64,000 nucleotides of DNA from Raillietiella orientalis. Lineage: Eukaryota. Shown here one piece after another: positions 46,374 through 59,900 of the stretch. Made by a program: the position numbers and the translations under genes. The notes beneath the pieces are model-generated. The model worked only from the letters and a program-made list of their open reading frames with translations, did no database searches and was not told where the DNA came from. Location: positions 6,634,001 through 6,698,000 of the forward strand of contig JAYWIR010000003.1 in the NCBI GenBank assembly GCA_036172245.1. Reading direction: 5' to 3'. The first letter of the stretch is position 1. The number at the start of each line of letters is the position of its first letter.

Positions 46374-49234
46374 CTCGCAGATCTTAGTTAGAGGGTGCAA
46401 GGCCGTGCCCCGCAGCATTCCGAGGCATTCTCTAGACGCACATCGATCGTGTACGCAGCAATTAGGATGTCCTCGTCCGAGGTGGGACTCACCCTGCACG
46501 CTGTCTGGTCTCGAGGTGCTCGTTCCTTCGATGCTGCCTGAGGATCAGAGCCGAGAGCGCCCCCCGTCGCCACGGAAACCGCGGAAGTTCTGGAGCGACG
46601 CGTTTGCACCGCCAGCGTGCAGGGTGAGCGAGTGGGCCTCGGTGAGTTTGATGGAACTTTTGCGGACTCGGCCAAAGTTTCGGCCACCTTTTCTTATACT
46701 GACCTCAGGCTGGCCACGCTGCCACGTTCCCGTTTCGGGATACTACGTGCCGATGGGGGGGAGGAGAGCACTACGTGCACACACGTGCCGGATCCGTGCA
46801 TCTCGGTGCTTCGGTGTTTCCTATGACTTGAGGGGCCGTGGTGTCCCTGCCGCGCCGTTCAGCAAGAGCAAGGCCTTCTCACCTCATCTGAAAGAGGTGG
46901 AAAGACCTCAGCGGCTCAAAATTCGAGCATCGTCCCTTCCTTATTTGCATTCTGTTTTTACTTTTTGATTTTCTTGGCATTGGAGCGTTCCGTGCCCAAA
47001 GCTTTCTGCGTGGTTCTTGCGCACATCCCTTGGTTCTGCACGCGAAGAAATACGCGCGCACACTTTTTTGCCGGTGCTGAAGAGGGACAGCAGGTCGCTT
47101 TCTCCCCCTTTCCCTCTCTGTGCACGTATACATGTATACATGTGGGTGTGTACATGCACAACGGCATGGTTCAGAAGCCTTGGAGACGAGCAGCAATCGC
47201 CCATTTAAACGTGGCAGTTGTGCGCTGAAAAATGCACGTTGAAGAGGCGAACGAATAATTCCCCCCCCCCCCCTTCCCTCAGGGATGATCCCTGCGTCCC
47301 GGTTCCCGGGAGTCATCTGCGACCAGGGATAACGGGAACCGCTCAGGAAGAGAGGGCAGCTCTTCAGCTCTTGCAGCTCGGTTTCGCCAACGCCTTTCCT
47401 TATCCCGGTTCAGACGGGGGGGAGGAGTGGGGTTCGAGGGAAACAGCCGGGAACCCTTATCTCTCGGTTCCCTCTTCAGCGAGAGTCGCAACGGACGGGG
47501 GGTGCAAGCCGACGACCTCGGCCCCTGGATGAATGGGCCGGCAGCGCCCGGGCACAACGCGGCGTGATCGGGGCGAAGTCTTCGGCGGCGGACGCACGCA
47601 AGATGGAGGAGGACGAGGGATCCCCCCCCCCCCCCGCCGCTTCCCTCGCACGCGCGTGCAGACCCCTTGTCTGCCCTCCTCAAGTCCGTTAATTTTCCAA
47701 ACAATGGGTGACCACATTTCCGAAAATAGACCCCACATCCTTCTTCCTATTTGATTTTCAACAATGGGACGTGGTCACATCCTGTTGAGGGCACCGAAAT
47801 AGACCCCGCAGCGGTTATTTTCGTATGGAGTTATTCTTACTCAGACAGCCCGAGTAATTTCCAAAGCTTTTTTCTTTTTTGTTTTCCCCAGAGATAATGA
47901 CTCTTGTCGCAAAATGTTCGTTTTTGTTCCTAGCCGACGAAAATTTCCAGTTCCCCCCCCCCCCTCCTCCTCCTCCTCCTCTTGAAAATCGCGACGGAGT
48001 AATGGGGTTGAGCGGACATCTGCTGCCGCCACCACCACCACCACCACCACCACCACCAAGCCCTCAGGGCGCAGCGCGTTGACGAGGATGCTGGAACTCC
48101 CAGGACAAGAGAAGACGCGAACCCTCACGCGTCATCCTTAAAAGTTCCTCCTCCTGGACCGATAGACCTCTGCCAAACCAGGATTTTTCTTTGACCCCCC
48201 TTCCGTCTCTTGATCTTCGGTGCGACGTCCTTTCCACCAACACATTCGGAGTGCCGCGAGATTTCGAAGGGCGAAATTTTGGATGCCGGGGCGCATTCTT
48301 AGACTCTTCTGGACCGAGATCTTGGGCTCGTTCTCAAATCTATTCAGGTCCTTTGAGGATGCTGGCACAGACGTCGGAGCTTTCGTGTTTCCGTGCCCTC
48401 GGGCTGATGAAGCCGCCACCAGTCTCGAAGAGCATCATTTTTCCTACAGACTGATTTCATTGGTACCAAACTGATTCTCTGCTGATTCCTCGAGCTGTTG
48501 CTGCATCCATCGCTTATACCAACTGACAGGATGCCGTACAAAAACCAAAAGGAAAGCACCACTGTTCGAATTATTATGATGGAATCACGTGCTTTCGGTG
48601 TACCAGAATTCCATCATAATTCCGTCTCGTACTCTTCGACAATCGCCTGAAGGCTCGTCAAGTCTTCTTTCTGTCTCGTGATGGGCCTCACCGAACCGCG
48701 ACATGTAGTCCTCGAAATCCAGCCATACATTGGAGACAGCCTGCTGGACGTACTGGACATACGTAACCGCTCCCTTCGTGTCTTCATGATGCTGGAAGCC
48801 ATCATGGACCCTTTACTTCGCGCAACCATCATGGCTTGTTGCCATTCTTCCATCAGAGACATCGTATAGTCCACAATTATGCTAACTTTTGCTGGCGCCA
48901 ATTCGTGGTTTTCAGCGAACCCTGCAAAATCCCCAACCATCTAACGAAGCGTGCCGGCACGGATGGGAGGCACAACCGTGCCGCTGGAGTCCTCCCATCT
49001 TCAGAACTGAATCGATGATGCAAATCATGGGCGCGGGCACTTCTTGCTTGCGAGTTCGTCCGACGGACGCCAGAAGCGAAATCATGGAGTGAGTCAGCGA
49101 GCGTCGACTCGATTCGATGATTAATGATATCATTCGCGTCCGAGGAGGTTTCACGGTGGACCTCCCGCCCGTTCGACGGAGACCCCCCGCTCAAACCGCC
49201 GCACCGACAATTCCTGTCTCTTTCCATTCCTGCT

Positions 49235-49637
49235 GGCGCCTTCGCAGCGGCCGAGTCCAGCTTGCCCCTCCACGGCGCCGGCGCCTTCGCAGCGGCCGAG
49301 TCCAGCTTGCCCCTCCACGGCGCCGGCGCCTTCTCGGAGGCCGAGTCCAGCTTGCCCCTCCACGGCGCCGGCGCCTTCTCGGAGGCCGAGTCCAGCTTGC
49401 CCCTCCACGGCGCCGGCGCCTTCTCGGAGGCCGAGTCCAGCTTGCCCCTCCACGGCGCCGGCGCCTTCGCTGCGGCCGAGTCCAGCTTGCCCCTCCACGG
49501 CGCCGGCGCCTTCTCGGAGGCCGAGTCCAGCTTGCCCCTCCACGGCGCCGGCGCCTTCGCAGCGGCCGAGTCCAGCTTGCCCCTCCACGGCGCCGGCGCC
49601 TTCTCGGAGGCCGAGTCCAGCTTGCCCCTCCACGGCG
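49235..49637. repeat. 45-bp minisatellite, 9 units
   Basis: Unit ggcgccttc(gcagc|tcgga)ggccgagtccagcttgcccctccacggcgcc with an exact 45-nt period. Two unit variants occur in the order A A B B B A' B A B. Confidence 0.97.
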
Positions 49638-52429
49638 ACCTCGGCACGTTGTCGACGGTGCGGCGCTGGCGCGAGGTCGGTTTCATCAGACACAGAAGTG
49701 TTCCCTTCCTTATCTCTGCGAAACTTCGCCTCATTTGAATTGCATGAGACGCCAAATTTTAACATTTTGTATTCTTCGAACGGTGATTTGCATAGAACAG
49801 TATTGTGTTTGATGTAAACACTGAATCGTTCGATGTTTATCTCTCAAACATGATAAGGAGTTCGAAAGAGGGGGAAAAAAAACAGGCAGTTTTTCTTTCT
49901 TTCCTACTTTTTCCCCGGGTGGGAAAAAAAAAAAAAGAGAAACTCAAAACAAAAACGGAACCAGAAACTGGATTCGGGGCAGAGACGTCTGCTGGAGAAT
50001 GAGTTTGAAAGGTATATTTCGTTAAAACGATCACATGTCCTTTAAAAAGCAATTTCCTAAGGATACGTAAATCCGTGCCGCGCTTTTATCCTCGGCATGC
50101 AAAATGTCCAGCTTCGGAAAGGAGTGACGTAGGTGACCAAGGGCTTCTCGAGAGGAGCACCGAGGGCGAAAGGGAGTGCACAAGGGAGGGGCAGACTCGG
50201 AGGCGCCAGCACTGGTTGCATGAAAGGCGCGCCTCGAGGAGGGCACTTTTCCTTTTTGCCAACGCTTCAATGAAACTGTACAGTACCTTCGCTGTTCCTC
50301 ACAAAATTATTACGACTGCTGATTTTTACGTCTTTGTCTCATTTGAAGACGCGAGCCTCAGAATCACTGCAAATGAAGTGTGGCCATCCTGAAGCGAATT
50401 CGGGCTGTTTTTTTGCTTGAGCTCCAAGCAAAAACTGGAAATCGGATTTGCCGTTCTTTGCAAATAAAATGCAACGAGCCGCGAAGGCATTAGGAAAAGA
50501 AAACACCAAACTTGCGACAAGAGTAACTGGTAATTTATAACGGAAAACAAAGAGCTCCTACGCTGATTTATAGGAGAACACCCACGCTGCACTGATTTAA
50601 ACGAGTGGCACCACTGATTGTTAGCAGCGAAGTATTCGTTTTGTGTATGACCGAGGTAAGCCTGCGTTCACCGCCGCACCGTACGCACCGTACACTCGTA
50701 TACTGGCACGCGCCCTGCATTGAGGACATGAAAGGCACAGGGTCCATCCGCAGCTGCAAATTTATGGAACGGGAAGACGGGGTGTTGAACTCTGGAGTTA
50801 TGGCACGGCAGCAACGGTGGACCCGCGCATCTCCCATTCTTTACATGAAAAAGTCGAAACAGCAGCAGCAGCAGCAGTAGATGATCTCTGGAAGAAGACA
50901 TTTTCGTTTTTTTTCCAAAAGTTGCAAGCAAGAAAAGCGAGCACATCTTTCAGTGGTGTCATTATGCCCCCTTGCATGACAACAGCTCTTTCGTGGGGAG
51001 GGGGAGGGGATCCAACAGCGCATCCCAATGAACCCGCGCTCAGTGTTGCCCCCCTCACTCGGAATAAATTCCCGCTCGAGGCTCGCAAGCCAGAAAAGCA
51101 TTTTCAAACAGGACGAGCATTCATGATTCCATAAGCGATTTCTATTTCGAAATAACGGGTTGCGTTCGTCGGGAAAATTTCCCATCGGGACGGACGGGCT
51201 GTGCTGTGCACGCGTGTCGGCTTCTTCTCGGTTCCTGCCTTGGGGGAAGGCAAGGTTCGCGGCACCGGGAGCTGCCTCAGCAGGCGGTGGTCATCTTCCG
51301 AATCAGGCGCGCGAGTTGGTCAGCGCCACGTGGCCTTGTCGGAGCGCCGAGGATTCCGGTCTCCTTCGCCTTGCGGGCAAGTGCGGCGAAGTTTTCCTCC
51401 TTCCACTTCCAGCAGATGGGAATCTTAAGGAAACGGTGGTGGTGACAGCAACGAGGTCACCGCCTTCGGGAAGCGAAGTCAGTGCTTCGCAACGAAACAA
51501 AACACGGCACTTCAGAGCTCAGGAAATGCTCAGAACGGCCGGACGAACGCACCTTGTCGTGGAATTCAGCACTGCCTTCGTCAGCAGATGGAAACGGGAT
51601 GATGCATCTCGCAGGCAGAGTGACTCGGCTCCATCACCAAGTCCCCAAAGCGTCGGATTCGCATCCGGGGAGTTGGGGGCGGGCGGGTTCATCCCTCTTC
51701 TCCAGACGTGGAAGCAGGGCCGAGGAAGCGGGAACGTCAAAGACGAAGACGGCCGCAAGGGATGCTGTCGCGGAGTAGGAGTGGTTCCATCTCCACGACT
51801 GGGAGATTCCTTTCTTCGTTCAGATGGAGCACCGGAAGATTGGATCTCGACGGATCGTCTGGAACGGCGATCGCGACCAAGCGCTTTCGGATGTGCCCCA
51901 ACCTTCAACATGAAAAGACTGATACGTGACTCTGGGCAAAGAAGAAGGAAGACACCTGGTTACCGAAAAAGGATGGCGAGCCGGGAGCGAACGTCATCCT
52001 TTTTTTTGCTAATCCTCCTTGAGCACCGTCAGGTAGCAGTTTCATATGGGATAAGCAAGTTCTCCGTGCACCTTCTAGAAGAAAAAAATCATCATCATCG
52101 GATAATTTTCGATTCCTGTCGCTTTTTTCTGTCCAAAGAGATTGGACAGAGGGAACATTCGGAGATTCGTGGAGGGGAGGGGTCCTGCGAAAGTCCGTTG
52201 GAATTGGGGTGTACACAAAATGGCCGACATCGATTGGGGGGCGAAATGAACACCTCAACTTCAGAAAATCGGGCATCCGCGACTTGGCTGCGACCGGCGA
52301 CCGTCGGCACGGCCGCTTTACGTGGGAACCCTGAAGAGCTACCGAGTCTTCTTCTTCTACCCAACTTCCGATCCTGTTAGGAGCTGCTGCTTGCGTTCGT
52401 TGCGCTTGAAAGAAAACAAAGCGAGAGGG

Positions 52430-52430
<1 letters not shown>

Positions 52431-52481
<51 letters not shown>
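52431..52481. repeat. (TAT)n microsatellite
   Basis: About 17 perfect units seen directly. Confidence 0.95.
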
Positions 52482-55400
52482 CCTCCTCGATGGTTAGGAG
52501 AATCACGATGGATCGGAGACGGCAGAAGCTGGATGCTTTTCATCTATGAGCTGGACCCGACGCGTTTCTTATCATCCTGGAAATTTTCCTCAGACCCAAA
52601 GAGAGGTCGAACAATATTGGGGCAGATGAACCACCGGCTTTTGACCTCCGATTTTATAATCCGGTCCGAGACGATCGCAAAACTGTGACTCTTTCGGGAT
52701 TCCGGATGCGCAGCAACTGCTTGTTGCAGCGCTCGCAGCTTCCTCGAGCTGTCGCCGCATCCACAGCAGAGACCAACCGGCAGATTGCCGTGCAGAAAAC
52801 CAGAAGAAGGGAGGCACCATCGAGGGAGACCTGCGACCAGGAAACTTGCGCTTCGAATCAGGTGGGAAGAAACCAAGGGGAACCGAGAGGCAACTGTCGT
52901 CAAAGAGGCAGCAGACGCCCTTCTCGGGAGGCATTTCAAAGGACCGTGTGGCACGAGCAACACCTCACTACTACACACTTTCCATAGCTCACTTCAGTTT
53001 GATATAGCGCAGCTGCCGCAAAATGCTTGCCGTTGAGGTGTGCAATAAAACCGTGCTTGATTTCCCGACTGCCAAAGCGCGGAAGGCGGCCGGAAGGCAT
53101 TCTGGATGTACAAGGGTGATGTCCTTTTTGATCAGCAAGCGCAGATGAGAAGGAAGCGGGTCGTGCACCGTTCCAAGACGAATGTTTGCTCAAGGCATTC
53201 CGTGTAGGGTCTTTCTTAAGGACACTTCTTGAGGGAAGATGGCCGTGGTGAACGCCCAATGTTTCCCACTCGCTCTTGAGGGGCGGAGGAAGGGGAAATT
53301 TCCACTCGTTCCGTACGGTCTTGGGCATGGGAACAAACAACAAAAGCCACCACTGTTAGTCTCCATCCACATCCAACGCAGCACAGCAAGCCGGGGGCCT
53401 AGTTTAAAAATGTGGTGCCCCTGAGCGTCCATGGGGACAGCCCTGCACGCTCGGGCATGTGCACGGGAGCGAAAGGACACGAACCGGGCAATCCCTCCCC
53501 AGCTTGCCCCGGATTCCACTTTTTTTCCCCTTTTTCTTCGTCCGGGTGCTTTTTGGAAGATGCATCTGTGGCCGTTTTCCGCCAGAATGGGATGCTCGGA
53601 AGATACCCTCCTCGCCCGTTTCGCTCGTTTCGTTTCTTCTCCGGGCGTGGTACCTTCGCCCTGTGATCTTCATCCTTTCGGTGGTGCTCACCCAACTGAG
53701 CTGCACGATCAGGGCAGATCTTCCTCTTCATCAGAAGCGAAATGGGTTCGCGATGCTGCTAAGCTGATTTCCACGGTTGCATCCCTTTCGATCATCAGGG
53801 GATCAGCTTCTCTGAATGTATCTGGATCGACGATTCTTTTCTCTTCCCAGGAAGAAAGGAAGAAATCCCGAGTCAATGAATAATACATTGGATAAATGAA
53901 TAATGAGCAATTCATTAATAAAAAAAAAAAAACAGCGAATACGTGGGGATGCATTGAACGTACCAATACGAATTTATTCAATTCACCTCTTCATCCTGTA
54001 CCACTTAGAACGGGATATGAGCATCGTGTTTTTGTTCTTCATTAATCACTTTTGCCATCAGGGTCTTTCTATGGTAGCCCTCATTATTTTTATTTATTTT
54101 TTTTTAAAAAAAAATAGAGTGCAAATTATCTATGGAATGGACTGCATGGAATCTATCTGCGGAATTCTTTATGTAGAATTGCTTGCCTATTTGAATTCCT
54201 GAGTGATCTTCTCTCGGTTTCATTCCTCTTTCTGACCAAGAGGAGTCCGAAGGAGGCAGCAGATTTTATTCATAGGAAAGAAAGGCTTCTTCCGGGCTCT
54301 TGTTGATAATCGGAATCAAATCAGGGAGACGTGCTTGATGGCCCGACTTTTTCTCCCCGCCGGAGGATGCAGGACGCATCCTGCAGAGAAGGACCCTGGA
54401 TGCTGAATGGAGGATTTCGGTCAGGAGCATCTCGCATCCAGAGAGCGCCATCATGGCGATGGCGCGTCCATCCTATTCGCCCCCTGCTTAGGTGTTGGCA
54501 ACGGTGTCTTGGAGAATTCGTAGAATGAGATAAAATGGAGGAGTGGACGCCTCCGCTTGCCAACGCAGTTCCATTCCAAAGTCACACTTTGTTTCACCCT
54601 TCGTTAAGTAGCATTTTTTTTTTTTTTTTTGAATGCAGCAGCAACTCCATGGTCCACGTGTGTTCAGAGTTCTCGTAAATTACGTCCCCTCCCCTCCCCG
54701 ATTCATAATTCGTCGCTTTGACCTGTGAAGTCAAGTTTCCTTGAAGGCGGTTTTCGGAATACCCGAAGTACATTGCCTGTGGCGTCTGAATTCGGATTCA
54801 CAAATCAAATTGCGGCCAGCACTCTGAGATGAGAAGGAATGACCCCAGGAGCGGGAAGGCGGATCTTCAAGATTTCGAGGAACCGCAGATCTCCTGCGCT
54901 AAGCCGCCGCCCATTTCGACGCACTTTCAAGGCGATCGCAGTTCTGTCCAGAAAGCTCTTTCGGAATTCCTTGTTTTCCCTTCCTTGTTCTGTGTCGTTC
55001 CTGACTTCGAGGAAATGTTCCAGCAGTTGTGTGCGTTCGGTGGAACATTCTTCGCTTGATCCCCTGTCCCCTGACGGACCGCGGGGCACAGGTGGTCCGG
55101 TCTGGAAATGCTCCCTCGAGGCTCCCTGGGATGAGTCCCTCCTGCTGGTCCTCACAGCTAAAGGCTGCCCGATCCATCCACATCCATCGCATCATCCTCA
55201 CCGCCATCGCCAATTCGCGTTTGCCGTCCATTTTTTGCCTTCCTCTCTTCGCACCGGGCGGAGAGCATTTACAGGAGGCTGGGTTCGCTCCCCATCCCAC
55301 CGGCCCTATCTACCGGAAAGCAAACTTCATGCGGGTTGCGATGAAGACTCGGCCCATTCGCTGCGTCTGCGGCCTGCTGAAGAGAAGTTCAAAGGAAGCA

Positions 55401-55647
55401 CTTCCTCTCGTTTCTAGCAAGTAGATAGGATGCTGGGAAGTGCTAACAAGTGATGCTGGGCCATAATGGGGTACTTTAGCCCTGCGGGTGCGTGGAAGGA
55501 TCGAGAACGGGAGCTGAGGCGCTCTTTCACCGAGTAACGAAGAGTCCTCCCCGTCTCCGTGGTTTCCGGTATCGGGAGTCCCTGGTCCCACCGACGTCGA
55601 CTCTGTACATCAGCGGAAGTACATCAAGGTACCAAGATTTCTTGCCC

Positions 55648-55705
55648 AATCCAAAGTTCTTTGCAGCGACAGCTGGGCTGCTGTCGCTGCAAAGAACTTT
55701 AGATT
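55648..55705. other. Near-perfect 26-bp stem hairpin with a 6-nt loop
   Basis: aatccaaagttctttgcagcgacagc-tgggct-gctgtcgctgcaaagaactttagatt, with a single mismatch. Confidence 0.85.
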
Positions 55706-56950
55706 CGGAGGAACAGCACGGTCCCAAGTATTTGGCCGATATCTGAAATTGGTAGATCTGATTGTGTGACCTTCATAAGAACGGGGAGGGGGGGAGGATG
55801 TGTCCCACGGAAACAGATAAAATGAAAAATTCTTTAATTTGAATCTTCTGAAAGGTCACTAACGGATTAAATTTAGAAAAAAAAAACACACACACACACA
55901 CACACACAAAAAAAAAAAAAACATGAAGGAGAGGTTTGGAAAGTTGACAAGATCGTAGCCAGCAAGGCAAATGCTGAAGTTTTCCAAAACGGATGTTCAG
56001 CATTCCGGAAGGCCATCCAGCAGCAGCAGCTGCTGCTGCTGCTGCAATAACAAGAAGAAAGGAACGTGGATATGCCTCCTAAGGCTAACCATTTCTTGGA
56101 ATTCGTGCTTCGTGAACATCCACGTGGGATGAACACCTACCATTAAATATAAACCCGAATTCGAATATACGTAATTCTTAAGAGATATTTACATGCAATG
56201 TTAGTCTGCTATCGACTATTCCCCCCCCCCCCTTTAACGTTGGACGATCATAGATATTCTCCCATACATGTACCATTCTCCGGACAGCGCCTAAGGGAAA
56301 TCTCCATAACAAGTCGTTTCGGAATGATATTGGAAGTGATATGTGGTTCCTTTAGATGCGAGGGCTTTTGCTGCTTTTGCATTCGAAGAAAACCAATTAG
56401 GACCTTCGGACACCTCTAAACCCACGCTGCGATTTCTTTTCCCGATTCATACTTTACTCACATCGGCATCTCATACTCTACTCTTTTTTAGAAGGCAACC
56501 GTCCAAAGAGCTGATAATTTTGGGATTTCCATAATGTAGATAGACGGACCTTTTCCCCAGTAGGACCAGAGGAGGGATATCCCCCCCCCCCTCCCATTTC
56601 ACCATCACATCAAGAGACTTTCATAGAGTGCAGTCGATAGTGGAAGATTTCTTTTCCCGTTCCGATTTCCTTCGTTTCACATTTTGCATACGGCCCAGAG
56701 AGGTAACTCTGTGGAAAGAGAGGAAAAAAAAAAGATACGTCTGGATGAAGGCGATCAAATTTGTCAGCATTCCGTATTCTACATGATGCATCGTGATCTT
56801 CGGATGCAATCAGTGGATGAGGTAAGTTTATTTAGCATCAGCAAGTTTTCTCATGAGTATTTTGGATTCATCTAAATGGCTGAATCGAATGGCTTCGGGG
56901 AGGTTCGAGCTTTCCTCGGTGGGGTCTTTGCGCGGAGGATGAACTTGTTT

Positions 56951-56982
<32 letters not shown>

Positions 56983-59900
56983 CAAGTTTATCAAAACCGA
57001 AATATTTATTCGTTACTGTTTTAAAGTCGGGTGGATCCAGAAAGAAATGGAACTGGCAGTACGAGAGAAGGTTTGTGTACAAACTACAAAATGTCCTCCG
57101 CACGCAGAGGCTCGAGATCGAAGAATTCCAAAATTTTTAATGTGTGGTGAATTTGGTATCCCTGTCATTGCATTGAACGATACGGGGGCTCGTTGGTAGC
57201 AATTCAATTCATAAGTACAATAACCAATCTTAATACAGTTTTAAGTATTTTTTTTGAAAAAAAAAAAAAAAAATCATTCCAGCTTTATTTCGTATTTGTC
57301 TCCAGTCAGCTGCCTAAAAATATGATTGCCTCGATATTATAACTGTAAGTTTCGAAGAAGCGGAAACCGTTTATTATTCTGAGCCCAGGCTGAGCAAAAA
57401 ACAGCGACCAGCCATGGAACAAAAACTGGTAAATGCGAAAAGATATCAGCAGAATCCGAAGGAAGTAACATCTTTATCTGAACGCGGGTCAAATAATTGC
57501 CTTCTTTTCCTCCTCCTCCTCCTCCTCTTCTTCTTACTTTGTTTTTCTTTTTTTTTTTTTCGGAGGCAAAGTGAAGGGATTATTTTGTAAGTCCTCTGAT
57601 AAGCTGGTGAGCGAAGCCATTACGAGCTGCCCCTCTGAAGGTGGTCACCGGGACCTCATCTAGCGGCCGTTCCCTCCAGATCGCCTCGGAGGCACGGCCG
57701 AAGCGAGGAGATCAGGGGATGGACCTGGCGAAAGGGGAAAAAGAAAAAAAAAAAAAAAAAGGAAAGGCTTCTCTTCGGAGGGGAAGGAATCGCAGTTGCC
57801 CCCCCCCCGCCCCCCGTAGTGAATAGGAGGAGGAGGATGCAGTGAATCTCATCTGCGGGCCGAGATCACTGCAGCCTCACTTCGGCACTCCCGAGAGGAA
57901 CCTGTCTTCGGGCAGCGAGGAAGATGGGATGGGACGTGCAGGCAGATGGCGAAAGCATCCCCGAAAGAAAGGAGGATGGGGCGGACGAATTGGAGCTTCT
58001 CGGCTGATTAAATGCTTAGACCGCGGCCGGCAGGAAGAGAATGGGAGCTCTTCAGGCATGAAAGCAATTCGCACGTCATTGCTGAGATGAAAAAGAAAAG
58101 GAAGAGGCAGGTGACATTTTCCGGCCACGAGAGGGCGACCTTGCTCCCCCGATTCTGGTTAGCTGCGCCTGCAATTACGCCGAGTACTGGTCCAGCGCGC
58201 ATTGGAATCCTGTCAAAGATGTTCGCAGCCAGGGAGAGAATTACTTTTGGAAAAGCGGAAGCGGGGCCGGAGAGGGATCGCAGCGAAGAAAATACATAGG
58301 CAGCGAGTAGAGTGCAAGATTCGCGAGGAGAGAATCCTCTCCCATCTTCCTGCCTTGGAAGTGGAGGGATTCGCATTTTAGGGGCCGTCTGCATTTGAAA
58401 GCTCGCTTCTTAGGGTCGAATGGTCCACCTTCTCATCCGTCGACTGCGAGGGTTTAACTGGGGGGGGGGGGGGGCTTGGCTCGGGGATGCGCGAACTATT
58501 CGATCCCCAAGCGCGCTCCAGGCCTCACGAAGCACTCTCTGCGAGGCTGGGAGAGGAGGACCAAGTGCCACACGGCGAAAGTTGATGATTTCCGCACGCG
58601 ATGCGAGCCTCTGGGAGGCGGTATCCGAGCAACCCGATCTGGGGGGAGGAGGGTGCACCGCAGGACGACACTGCCGTGGGACCGTGGAGTTCCTTGGGAC
58701 AAGAGAGAGAGAGGGAGAAGAGAAAGAAGGAAAAAAATAAAACCCTCCATGCTTCTTATAATAGGAAAACTCTGCTTATTTTCGTCCCAACACGGCCAAC
58801 TGAAACAGGGAGTAAGAAAGGCGCGAGTTCGTCTCTCTGAGCAGGAATTCCCAGTGCATGTTACGGTTGCTATGGTACTCGGATGCCTCTCTCTGGCGGA
58901 GGCCACGATGCGCGGACGGATCGCCGTCGTCGCGAAGGACCTTTAAATTTCCCGCGGAAACTCTTGGAGGGCTTTCGGATGACCTGAGGAGGATGCTGAA
59001 AGGCGGAAGCTTGGCACCTGCAGGTGGGTTCCCTCTTGGGGTTGACGTCGCAAAAGGCAATCTTGAGCGCGTGCACCGGAACGGATCTCTCCGTTCACAT
59101 CCGCATCCCCGAGTTATCCCGAGCTTCCTTGCCCGCTCGAGGACGCCGTCGCACCGAGAAAGGCAACCTGGGAGATGAGTCCGACGGTGCTCTTTTTCTT
59201 TTTTTTCCTTTTGGACAGGTGGGAGCGAGCGGGGCGCGCGTGCCATTTTTACGTATGGATTGCGAAGATTCGGATATCCGTGGGCTGGAGGGGCCAAACG
59301 CTTGATTGCCTGTGGGCACGGAGCGTTGCTGATCTCAAGGGTCCGGTGACGTTCCCCCCGGACTCACGACCGCTCACTCCGACTGAGGGATCGACCGCTT
59401 CCATTTGCAAGAAGAGGTGAATGGAAACTTGGAAACGTGTCCGGGCATAATGACTCGGATGCTTGTAAAACGCCTTCGTGAGATGACCCACACAACGGGG
59501 CGTTCCGCCGTCTTTTGTCGCGAGACACCATGAATCATTTACCTTCTTGGCTCGAGGATCTTTTCCGGTGAGGCTGGAGATCCTGCCGCCTGCAAGGTGC
59601 GCAGGCGACGCAAGATGAGAAGACCGGAATGGCCGAGGATGCGTGACCCCGCGTGCAAAGTGAACGGGGCTAGCTCGTCTTGGTGACCATGCACGCGGAG
59701 GGAAGAGCAGAGAGAGTGTTGCGGGGTGTTTGCCGGAAGCGCAGTCCGCCGGCGCGACTCCGAGGCAGAGGCGCGCGGGGGACTCTGCCCGCTTTTGCCG
59801 AGGTCTGCCGAGTTGGGCGCTCCAAGCAGCGGTTCTGATACGTAACCTTGCCTACGACCCATCCCTTGCCTTCGGCGCCCTCGTAAAGTTCCAGCCCAGG

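Noticed and set aside
48140..49150. Gag-like remnant on the minus strand beside the minisatellite
   Set aside because: Only vague similarity. There is no intact zinc knuckle, LTR, PBS or pol region.
49235..49637. CRISPR-like array
   Set aside because: The units are contiguous with no unique spacers, there are no cas genes, and the context is eukaryotic.
51420..51490. TonB-box-like ETVVVTATR suggesting a bacterial receptor gene transfer
   Set aside because: A short motif only. The downstream sequence lacks plug and beta-barrel features.
56260..56920. CDK-like pseudogene (LREISI, MHRDL, GFGEVRAF)
   Set aside because: The motifs are degenerate, the spacing needs ad hoc introns, and the Gly-loop, VAIK and APE motifs are missing.
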